A stretch of 12,373 nucleotides of DNA from an uncultured Anaerolineae bacterium (GTDB lineage Bacteria > Chloroflexota > Anaerolineae > JAADDB01): NCBI GenBank assembly GCA_964487375.1, contig CAZAQA010000052.1, positions 1,838 to 14,210 on the forward strand, written 5' to 3'. Positions within the stretch are counted from its first letter, which is position 1; the number at the start of each line of letters is the position of its first letter. A program made the position numbers and the translations under genes. This document shows, in pieces, positions 5,765 to 12,373 of the stretch. The notes under the pieces were generated by a model. It worked only from the letters and a program-made list of their open reading frames with translations. It ran no database searches and had not been told where the DNA came from.

Positions 5765-7204
5765 ATGGATACCTTGGATGACCGCTTGCGGGACTTTGAA
5801 TCTCGATTGGACGAGGTGGAGGACCGCTATCGTAACAGACGCATTGGGCGGCATCGAACTGCCCGCACAATCGAAGAACAACTGGGGGCCTACGAAGCTC
5901 GCCTGGACGCCCTTACACGAGAACATCGCCGCCGGACCGACGCCATACTCGACACTATTTGGCGTCGACATTCGCCTATGCGCCAGGCGTGGTCTTCATC
6001 CACCCTATCCACCCCACCTGCCCCTTCTCCCTTCTTTGCGGAACGAATTTCCTTGGGTGATGAACCCATCCTGAGAGAGTTGGACGCCATCTTCACCGAA
6101 GAGTTCCAGCTTGCTCACTATTTTGGCCATACCCGCTTGCGCGATTTGCCCACCATTTACTGTGAAACATTGTCAGAATTCTTCCAACCGTACGTGGAGA
6201 TGCTTGACGTCTCCGCCCAAACCCGCGAGGAAATTCTACAAGCGCTGGTTTCAGAAGCAGAAAAGCATGCTCAACAGGGTGGGGGGACGTGGGGCATTTT
6301 CTGGCCGGGAAAGGGATGCTACATCAACGGCTGGTTATTCGCACACGGTCGCGCTGCCAACGCGCGCGCTGCCCTGCACAACCCGGACATATTACCGGCC
6401 ATCCTTTCCACAGTGGCCCACGAGAAACTAGGTCATGGGTTTGTCAGTGAGTACACCACCTTGGGTGAGGAAAAGAAGCGCCTGGGCACCTGGCGTTATG
6501 ATATGGCCCGGCGTTTTGACATACGCATGGTGGATACACCTGAGAGTGTCCTCCTGGCCGAAAAGGAGGCTGTGCTTTACGCGTCTTCCCAGCTCTTAGA
6601 AGAAGGGTGGGCCACCTGGATCGAGCACCATGTCATGGTCCGGCTGGCTCAACAAGCACGCACGGAAGGCCATCCCTTCCGGCCGGTTCCGCCGGCCCGG
6701 TACACGACGTCCGAATTGTGGCATGCGCTTACACATGCATTGGATAGCACCCGCGATCCTGGTGTACAGGAAGCCCTAAAAGCCCTGCTTGACGCTGTGG
6801 CAACCCTCTTTGTCACCGAGCATGTGGAAGTGGAAGCTTTACACCGAGCGGTGTTGGCCGTTCACCGATATGCGGAGCACGTCGATCCTGTGATTGCTCC
6901 CCGGCTGGGACAGCCGCTTCGCTATGTCATCGGCTATTTATTGGTGCGGGACCTGGAGGCACGCCTGGGACCGCTTTGTGTCCCTTATGCCATTGTGATA
7001 GCGGCCAATGTGGCCTATAACCTGCGCGATGTGGCCGCTGCCGACCTGCAGCGCATTGTGGCGCAGAATCCCAGGTTAAATGTGGATTCACGCCTGGCTC
7101 AGATGCGTCTTCTGACCTTAGAACAGAAAGACAACGTGGCGGAACTGGCTGCCAGGGCCCACAAGGAGTTGAACCTGGCTTGGCCCAAGGTGTTACGTAC
7201 GTAG
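5765..7204 (+). CDS. Hypothetical protein, 479 aa (ATG 5765; alternative in-frame starts at 5759 and 5675). It has an N-terminal Arg-rich coiled coil and no recognisable family
   Basis: GAGGAG at 5753-5758 gives ideal spacing to ATG 5765. The 5675 start would overlap the ATPase gene by 22 nt and has no RBS. The ORF is long and uninterrupted within the operon. It has a His cluster, VAHEKLGHGF (H-E-x3-H, not canonical HExxH) and WIEHHV. Confidence 0.65.
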   Translation: MDTLDDRLRDFESRLDEVEDRYRNRRIGRHRTARTIEEQLGAYEARLDALTREHRRRTDAILDTIWRRHSPMRQAWSSSTLSTPPAPSPFFAERISLGDEPILRELDAIFTEEFQLAHYFGHTRLRDLPTIYCETLSEFFQPYVEMLDVSAQTREEILQALVSEAEKHAQQGGGTWGIFWPGKGCYINGWLFAHGRAANARAALHNPDILPAILSTVAHEKLGHGFVSEYTTLGEEKKRLGTWRYDMARRFDIRMVDTPESVLLAEKEAVLYASSQLLEEGWATWIEHHVMVRLAQQARTEGHPFRPVPPARYTTSELWHALTHALDSTRDPGVQEALKALLDAVATLFVTEHVEVEALHRAVLAVHRYAEHVDPVIAPRLGQPLRYVIGYLLVRDLEARLGPLCVPYAIVIAANVAYNLRDVAAADLQRIVAQNPRLNVDSRLAQMRLLTLEQKDNVAELAARAHKELNLAWPKVLRT

Positions 7205-7219
7205 GGTGGAGGAGCATCC

Positions 7220-8842
7220 ATGATCGGAGAGACACAACAGCTTTCTCACGATAACCGCACGCTGGTACGCCGGGTAAATCCGGACAAGGTACCCGGCTTC
7301 TTTACTAAACGACTTCGCGTGGCCCCAGGCCAATGGGCCATCGCTTTGTACGGTGACCGGGTGACAGTTCTCAATACCGGTACACCGGCCATTGGCGGCA
7401 TCCTCAAACCAACACCACGTGATGTTGTACTCATCGAGGCCGATACGTTTACCCTGCACCCCATCGTCCGCGAGCTTATGAGCGGGGACGAACAGTTGGT
7501 AGAGGCGGACTTCCTGGTCCAGGTCAACGTTACCAATCCCCAGGCCCTCTACCACTTTTTGGGAGACGAAAAGAATCTTCTCACCATAGGGGATCTGGAA
7601 GGCTGGGTGGCTATGGAAGTACGCCGGTTACTGGCCCGAGTTGCCCGTCAGTACACCGCCAACGACCTTTGCTATGTTGAAGCTGTTGCGAAACGGGTGG
7701 CCGGAGAACTACGTAGTTTCCTCCAGACCTATCTGGCCCCCATGGGGTTGGAGGTCGCGGGTTTGCACCACGTCACCTTCTGGCGCCCGGAAGACGCGGC
7801 CAAAGTGGCCGAACTCATGCGTCGTTTGCGCGAGCGTCTGCGCGACACCACCTTGCGCGAGCAATTCAAGGCCATTCAAGATGTGGAGGAATTTCGAGAT
7901 GCACTAGAACAAGTGCTCCATGAGCGCCAACTTCGCCAATGGCTCCGGGAGGAAGAGCTGCAAAAAGTCATGACCGATATACAGGAAGAGTTGGAGCAAG
8001 AGAGCACCCAAGGGAAGAAACAGAGCGATGGCAAAACCATTCCCTTGGCCTGGGCCGTGGAAGAGCGAGATGCAGCCCAACAGCGCCAGATCATGGGCCG
8101 ATGGGACGCGCTGCTGGCCCGGTTAGGTGTAATGAAGAAAGAGGAATGTGAACCTTCCCCTGTTGACAAGCTAGACCGCTGGGTTACCATCTTGCGGGCT
8201 TTAGGTACCATTGTGTTCTTCGGCACAACGTTGCTTGCCATTTTGATGCCGGATTTGTTTGAGAACCCTGAAACCCCGCGCTTGTTGACAGCAGCGATAG
8301 GTTTTTTCCTGGGCATTCTGGCGTTTATCTCCGCCTTCTGGATCAAACGCAAGGCCAAAGCCCGACGAATTCTGGAACAGGAAGAGAAAGCGCTTTCCCG
8401 TCTTAGTCCGGAACGGCGCCGAGCCGTTGAACAAAGTGTGCGTAACCGCATTGTTGCTGTCCTGGAGCAGACAGTATCCAATTTACAGGAAGCGTGGACT
8501 AAGGCCTACCGGAGAGAGCGCCAAGACCTGGCCAAACCCTTACGGGATATGGCCCGCAAGGCCGATCGCCTGCGCGAGGATGTGAAGGCATCCTCCTACG
8601 CGGGAGCAATCTTGCTCACTGCCCGGCACGTCGAACCCATCGACATTCAACCTTGGCTTGACATCGATGAGAATTTACTCGTCCAGGCTGAAGAGCTGGG
8701 AGAATTAAGCAAGGGAATCTATGAAAACGTGGTCATGGGGCAATGGGAAGCCGTTGAACAAACAATGACTCAAGTTGATCTGACCTTACAGGAACTCCAG
8801 AGCCGCTTTGCCCAGCGAGACATTTTACTGAAAGGAGCGTGA
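7220..8842 (+). CDS. SPFH (band-7/flotillin-like) domain protein with a central coiled coil, two predicted TM helices (aa about 325-345 and 358-378) and a C-terminal coiled coil
   Basis: The RBS is GGAGGAG (7207-7213). The N-terminal 180 aa match the SPFH pattern: VAPGQWAIALYGDRVTVLNTGTP... then SGDEQLVEADFLVQVNVTNPQALYHF (compare TKDNVRVTVDAVVYYRVIDPVKAVYEV) then LEGWVAMEVRRLLARVARQYTANDL...LAPMGLEVAGLHHVTF. Hydrophobic stretches are WVTILRALGTIVFFGTTLLAILMP and LLTAAIGFFLGILAFISAFWI. Confidence 0.7.
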   Translation: MIGETQQLSHDNRTLVRRVNPDKVPGFFTKRLRVAPGQWAIALYGDRVTVLNTGTPAIGGILKPTPRDVVLIEADTFTLHPIVRELMSGDEQLVEADFLVQVNVTNPQALYHFLGDEKNLLTIGDLEGWVAMEVRRLLARVARQYTANDLCYVEAVAKRVAGELRSFLQTYLAPMGLEVAGLHHVTFWRPEDAAKVAELMRRLRERLRDTTLREQFKAIQDVEEFRDALEQVLHERQLRQWLREEELQKVMTDIQEELEQESTQGKKQSDGKTIPLAWAVEERDAAQQRQIMGRWDALLARLGVMKKEECEPSPVDKLDRWVTILRALGTIVFFGTTLLAILMPDLFENPETPRLLTAAIGFFLGILAFISAFWIKRKAKARRILEQEEKALSRLSPERRRAVEQSVRNRIVAVLEQTVSNLQEAWTKAYRRERQDLAKPLRDMARKADRLREDVKASSYAGAILLTARHVEPIDIQPWLDIDENLLVQAEELGELSKGIYENVVMGQWEAVEQTMTQVDLTLQELQSRFAQRDILLKGA

Positions 8843-8845
8843 GCC

Positions 8846-11002
8846 ATGTCACTCTTTGGTGGTAAGACCGTACGCTGCCCTCATTGTGGTAAACAAACTC
8901 CAGCGGGTGGAAACTTCTGTCTTCACTGCGGTAAGCCCTTGAGCACGGGCCAACGCACGTGCCCTTCCTGTGGACGTGAGGTGAGGGCGGATGCCAACTT
9001 CTGTCCGTACTGTCGGTATCCCCTTTCGTCCAAGGCACACCCCAGCATGGAGGGCATGCGATGGACCAAGGAATCGGACGAGTTCGCCGCCCGCGTGGAG
9101 GTGGATGACGTCCCCCGCCAACTGCGTTCCGACGTCATCGTCGAGCCGGGCACCCAGGCCATCCTGCTGGTCAACGGGCGCAACGAGGCAGGCACCCTGG
9201 GCCCAGGCCGCTATACCCTGCAAACTCTGCGTGATCGCATCCCCCTCATCGGCCAAGCGCGCACCGTCACAGCCATCCTGGTGGACACAGGCGCCACTCC
9301 CCTGGAGTTCACCGTGCCCCGCCTGTTCACCCGCGATCCCATTGAGATCACCCTGGATGTCACCCTGGGTGTGCGTGTAGCACAGCCGGTCTCCTTCCTG
9401 GTCAATTTCATGAAGGGCGCTCGTACGGTGACCCGCCAGCAAGTGCGCCAGTACGTCTTCGACGAGGTGCAAAACGCGGCCGCGGAGTTCATTGCCCGCT
9501 ACTCGGTGGAAGAGTTGGGCAGCAACCTCTCGCTGAAGGACGAACTGGCCATGCACATTGAAGCCCATCTGCTGGACACCTTCCGAGAGATGGGCTTGAA
9601 GTTCGAGCGCGTGCGGGCCATGAACTTCCGCCACGAGCAGTGGGATGAGATTCGGCAGACGAAGGCCCAGTACTTCCTGCAGGTGAGCAAGGAGGAGGCC
9701 GAACTGGAAGGGCGCAAGCGACTGCTGGACGTGTTCGACCAGAAGGCGCTGCTGGAGATAGCCGAAGAGACCAAGAAGGTCACCCACTATGAACAGAAGG
9801 CCCAAGTCTGGGCCCGTATGCGCCGCGCGGTGCTGGAAAATCGCATGGACGAAATCCGCACTGAAGAGGATTTTGCCCGCTTCATGCGCCAGATAGATCG
9901 CCAGCGCCTCCTGGAGGAGAACGAACTCGAGGAGTTGAAGCGGGAACTCCTGGAGCGTAAGGAGGACCACGAGCGCCAACGAGCCTACCTGGTAGCCAAG
10001 GCCGAACTGGAACAGAAATACGACATCAAGATGCGCGAACTGGCCCTGCGCCGTGACCTCTCCGTTCAGGAACTGGAACTGGAGCAGGAGATTGCCCGCC
10101 GCCGCCTGGAAGGGGAGCTCGCCATTGAAGAGAAACGCTGGGCGTGGGAACTCAAGCGCCAACGGGAGGAAGCCGAATTCCGCCGTGCGCAAGAAGAAGC
10201 AGAACGCAAGGCGAAACTCCAGGCCATGGTGGACCAGGCCCTGACCCAGGCGGAGATTGACGACCTGGAACTGCGCACGCTGGAGAAGGAACTGGACCTG
10301 GGCCTGAAAGGGCTGCGCGGCGTGAAGGCCGTCAAACGGGAGGACCTGGAAGAGACGCTTCGCATCCGCTGGGAGGACGAGAAGCGCCGTCTGGAGCTGG
10401 AACTGGAAAAGGAGCGTCAGAAATTGGAACTGGAACTGGAGCGCTACCGCCAGGAAAAGGAATGGGAGATTCGGCGTCTCCAGGTCCTGTCCACCATGTC
10501 CGTGGAGGCCCTAATCGCGGCCAGCGGGCCTGACCAAGGAAAAGTGCTGGCTGAGTTGAAGCGCACTGAGATCCTGGCCGGCATGAGCGAGGAGCAGATC
10601 TTGGCCCTGGCCGCGGAGAAGTCCCCCGAGGTGGCCAAGGCCTTTCAGGAGCGCTTCCGGGCCCTCTCCACAGAGGAAATCAAGGCTCTGTACGAGCGCC
10701 TGGTGGCCTCGGAGCAGAAGTCCAAGGAGGAACAGCAGCGCATGATGCAGGATGTGCTGGCCCGCATGGAACGCATGTTTGAGAAGGCTCTGGACAGCCA
10801 GCGGGAGTCCACCACCGCGTTTGCTCACGACCGCGGGGGGCAGCCCATCATCGTCACCGGCGGTGGGACACCAGGCGTCGTCGGCGGGCCTACCGTGTTG
10901 GGTGCTGCCTCTAACCGCGTCCAGGTGTGCCCCAACTGCAAGCTGGAAGTGCCCGTGGGCACCAAATACTGCCCCAACTGCGGGGAGCAGTTTTACCAAT
11001 AA
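8846..11002 (+). CDS. Large flotillin-like protein, 718 aa. It has two N-terminal tandem zinc ribbons, an SPFH domain, a coiled coil of about 400 aa very rich in E/R/K/L, and a C-terminal zinc ribbon
   Basis: The start is 4 nt after the upstream stop and preceded by AAAGGAG. CPHCGKQTPAGGNFCLHCGKPL and CPSCGREVRADANFCPYCRYPL are classic CxxC-x(n)-CxxC zinc ribbons. The SPFH signature reads VIVEPGTQAILLVNGRNEAGTLGPGRYTL...IEITLDVTLGVRVAQPVSFL...LAMHIEAHLLDTFREMGLKFERVRAMNF. The coiled coil shows ELELE/ERK heptad repeats. The C-terminus is CPNCKLEVPVGTKYCPNCGEQF. Confidence 0.85.
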   Translation: MSLFGGKTVRCPHCGKQTPAGGNFCLHCGKPLSTGQRTCPSCGREVRADANFCPYCRYPLSSKAHPSMEGMRWTKESDEFAARVEVDDVPRQLRSDVIVEPGTQAILLVNGRNEAGTLGPGRYTLQTLRDRIPLIGQARTVTAILVDTGATPLEFTVPRLFTRDPIEITLDVTLGVRVAQPVSFLVNFMKGARTVTRQQVRQYVFDEVQNAAAEFIARYSVEELGSNLSLKDELAMHIEAHLLDTFREMGLKFERVRAMNFRHEQWDEIRQTKAQYFLQVSKEEAELEGRKRLLDVFDQKALLEIAEETKKVTHYEQKAQVWARMRRAVLENRMDEIRTEEDFARFMRQIDRQRLLEENELEELKRELLERKEDHERQRAYLVAKAELEQKYDIKMRELALRRDLSVQELELEQEIARRRLEGELAIEEKRWAWELKRQREEAEFRRAQEEAERKAKLQAMVDQALTQAEIDDLELRTLEKELDLGLKGLRGVKAVKREDLEETLRIRWEDEKRRLELELEKERQKLELELERYRQEKEWEIRRLQVLSTMSVEALIAASGPDQGKVLAELKRTEILAGMSEEQILALAAEKSPEVAKAFQERFRALSTEEIKALYERLVASEQKSKEEQQRMMQDVLARMERMFEKALDSQRESTTAFAHDRGGQPIIVTGGGTPGVVGGPTVLGAASNRVQVCPNCKLEVPVGTKYCPNCGEQFYQ

Positions 11003-11040
11003 GAACACCTCTACACACCACACCTGAAGAGCAAGAACCT

Positions 11041-11172
11041 ATGAGCCTCCAACCCGGACAACGCATTCTGCATGGCACATATGAGGTCGAGGAGATGATC
11101 GTTCCCGGCGCGTTCGCCGCGGTCTATCGCGTTCGCCACGTGCGCTTAGGGCTCCGTCGGGCGGAGGGATAG
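11041..11172 (+). pseudogene. Truncated 5' fragment (43 codons) of a Hanks-type Ser/Thr protein kinase gene. It ends at a stop just before the repeat cluster
   Basis: The translation is MSLQPGQRILHGTYEVEEMIVPGAFAAVYRVRHVRLGLRRAEG*. L.PG..L.G.Y.v.e.IG.GgfG.VYrA.d..LGR.VAvK is the canonical start of bacterial STPK catalytic domains (Gly-rich loop GAFAAVY, then RLG). The frame terminates before the conserved VAVK lysine, and no kinase continuation is found in any frame downstream. Confidence 0.4.
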
Positions 11173-11173
11173 G

Positions 11174-11203
11174 ACACGGATGAACACGGATGCACACGGA
11201 TTC
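11174..11203 (+). repeat. Short tandem repeat, 3 x 10 bp (acacggatga / acacggatgc / acacggattc)
   Basis: Direct reading of 11174-11203. It sits immediately after the stop codon of the kinase fragment. Confidence 0.7.
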
Positions 11204-11206
11204 CAC

Positions 11207-11239
11207 CCCGTAGGGCGACCCGCCGGGTCGCCCTACGGG
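11207..11239 (+). repeat. Perfect 33-bp palindrome (15-bp arms, 3-nt centre): cccgtagggcgaccc-gcc-gggtcgccctacggg
   Basis: The arms are exact reverse complements. The 16-mer gggcgacccgccgggt recurs at 11446-11461 inside another hairpin, gggcgacc-cgccgggt-ggtcgccc (11446-11469). Confidence 0.8.
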
Positions 11240-11282
11240 AGATACGCACATGATGGTGCTGATGGTCGCGCGAGGCCTTTAC

Positions 11283-11673
11283 GTCAACGTAGTCCGATGG
11301 TTTTCAGTCTTGGGCGACAGGGGCATGTGTTGCGGGAAATGGCGGCGTTACGTTGGCAAAGTAAGGACGCAGCGTCGCTGCGCCCACGTCCGCCCGGTGT
11401 CCCCGTGCGCCGCGCGGGGCGGTATCCCGCCCAGCCCGACGGTAAGGGCGACCCGCCGGGTGGTCGCCCGGGGACATACGGGTGTACCGCCCGCACGGGG
11501 CTAAAGACCCCGTGCTACGTTGGAGGGAAGCCCCCTGGAAGGGGGCTGGGTGGGGCAGGCCGCTTTAGGGGCCTTTGGTTTGAGGCAGCCCGATGGCTTT
11601 CAGCCTCGGGCGATATTGGACGGTGAAGATGAGGATGAGAGGTCGCACGGGGTTAAAGTCCCCGCTTTCGCAT
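11283..11673 (+). repeat. Cluster of GC-rich REP-like hairpin repeats upstream of tnpA. Hairpin type A (cccgatgg...cgggcg) is at about 11293-11317 and 11588-11611. Type B (gcacgggg-N6-7-ccccgtgc followed by tacgttgg) is at 11493-11515 with a degenerate copy at 11645-11665. Type C (agccccc-tggaa-gggggct) is at 11529-11547
   Basis: The same three hairpin types recur downstream of tnpA at 12270-12289 (A), 12319-12340 (B) and 12355-12373 (C) with conserved linker words (atggcgg, tgtgttg, tacgttgg, gggaagcc). Spurious G/R/P-rich ORFs cover the region. Confidence 0.65.
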
Positions 11674-11691
11674 GAATAAGGGGAGGTCAGG

Positions 11692-12183
11692 ATGCCTTAT
11701 TGGCAGTTGTTTTACCATGTTGTTTGGACAACCAAAGGACGGGAGCCTGTGATCGGAAGGGACAAAGAGGGATTCGTATACGATGCTATCGTGCGTAAAG
11801 CAAGTGCATTGGGCGGCAAAGTGTTTGCAGTTGGAGGTGTAGCAGACCATGTGCACCTGGTGGTCTCGATTCCTCCGTTTATTGCCGTTGCTACCTTCAT
11901 CGGTCAAGTTAAAGGGGCCTCTTCGGCCTTTGTGAATAAGAGCGGTTTGTTTCCATTTCCGTTTCATTGGCAAGGTGAATACGGTGTGTTTTCCTTTGAC
12001 CGGAAACGTATGCCTTATGTGGTTCAATATGTCAAGGAGCAGAAGGAACGTCATCGAACGGACAGGATCATTCAGGCGTTAGAGAGGCTGTCGTCGGAGG
12101 AGGGGAATGCTTATGTTGGCGAGGAATACGGTGTATACGTGGCTGGCATGATGTCGTGGGAAGACGAAATGCAGGATGTGTAG
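11692..12183 (+). CDS. tnpA: IS200/IS605-family TnpA (HuH Y1 single-strand transposase), 163 aa. It is possibly a REP-associated tyrosine transposase (RAYT)
   Basis: The RBS is GGGGAGG (11678-11684). Motifs: YHVVWTTKGREPVI (IS200: YH.vW..KYRr.vL); the HuH motif ADHVHLVVSIPP; QVKGASS (lKGkSS); WQGEYGVFSF with the catalytic Tyr in the W..gY context; and YVKEQKERH (YI.nQ) at the C-terminus. Confidence 0.85.
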   Translation: MPYWQLFYHVVWTTKGREPVIGRDKEGFVYDAIVRKASALGGKVFAVGGVADHVHLVVSIPPFIAVATFIGQVKGASSAFVNKSGLFPFPFHWQGEYGVFSFDRKRMPYVVQYVKEQKERHRTDRIIQALERLSSEEGNAYVGEEYGVYVAGMMSWEDEMQDV

Positions 12184-12266
12184 AAGGTGTACGGGGCCAA
12201 TCGTCAGCAGTCCGTCCCTGAAGGGGACTGGCTGACCAGGCCGCTTCAGCGGCCTTCATACCAATG

Positions 12267-12373
12267 TAGCCCGATGGTTTACCGTCGGGCGGTGGGGATG
12301 GCGGTGCTGTGTTGGTGCGCACGGGGCTGAACCCCCGTGCTACGTTGGTGGGGAAGCCCCCTTCCAGGGGGCT
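12267..12373 (+). repeat. Complete copy of the A-B-C hairpin repeat unit downstream of tnpA, running to the window edge
   Basis: It reads gtagcccgatggtttaccgtcgggcg...gcgcacggggctgaacccccgtgctacgttggtggggaagcccccttccagggggct. Compare 11489-11547, gcccgcacggggctaaagaccccgtgctacgttggagggaagccccctggaagggggct. Confidence 0.7.

Larger units (their letters stand above)
11585..12373 (+). mobile_element. Putative IS200-like element or RAYT-REP unit. It comprises tnpA flanked by similar subterminal hairpins (11645-11665 upstream; 12319-12340 downstream). Boundaries are uncertain and the right side may continue beyond the window
   Basis: IS200/IS605 elements carry related imperfect hairpins at the left and right ends that TnpA binds. 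Here gcacgggg-ttaaagt-ccccgc lies 27 nt upstream of the tnpA start and gcacgggg-ctgaac-ccccgtgc lies about 135 nt downstream of the stop. An additional copy of the right-side unit lies upstream at 11489-11555. Confidence 0.35.

Noticed and set aside
6420-6450. VAHEKLGHGF read as a zinc-metalloprotease HExxH motif in the 479-aa protein
   Set aside because: The spacing is H-E-x3-H, not HExxH. There is no downstream third ligand motif (E, or HxxE) in the expected context. Insufficient to call a peptidase.
11180-11626. 148-aa plus-strand ORF (MNTDAHGFHPVGRPAGSPYG...) spanning the repeat cluster
   Set aside because: It covers palindromic REP-like hairpins and has a Gly/Arg/Pro-rich low-complexity translation. 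The hairpins themselves explain the open frame. Not coding.
1-12373. CRISPR arrays, tRNA/rRNA genes
   Set aside because: No regularly spaced direct repeats with unique spacers were found. The only tandem repeats are the 138-bp intragenic coding repeats, the 3 x 10-bp repeat and the REP-like hairpins. No tRNA cloverleaf-like segments were recognised by eye.

Overview
The window is GC-rich (about 60%) bacterial DNA with GGAGG-type ribosome-binding sites. All supported genes are on the + strand. Long minus-strand ORFs look like antisense artefacts of high GC. From the 5' end: (i) the 3' end of a gene for a parallel beta-helix repeat protein, built from near-identical 138-bp tandem repeats; (ii) a thermonuclease (SNase)-domain protein and a small hypothetical membrane/coiled-coil protein; (iii) a six-gene operon (2513-11002) with a textbook sigma70-like promoter and tightly coupled genes. 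The operon encodes an HTH plus double Cys8 zinc-module protein, an ESCRT-III/Snf7 (CHMP)-like protein, a Vps4-like MIT-AAA+ ATPase, an unknown 479-aa protein, and two SPFH/flotillin-like proteins. One SPFH protein has two TM helices; the other carries N- and C-terminal zinc ribbons and a very long E/R/K coiled coil. (iv) A truncated Ser/Thr-kinase N-terminal fragment abuts (v) a cluster of GC-rich REP-like hairpin repeats surrounding an IS200/IS605-family (HuH Y1) transposase. The main find is the operon: an ESCRT-III/Vps4-type membrane-remodelling module combined with flotillin-like and zinc-ribbon proteins in an apparently bacterial context. Novelty and taxonomy cannot be verified without database searches.
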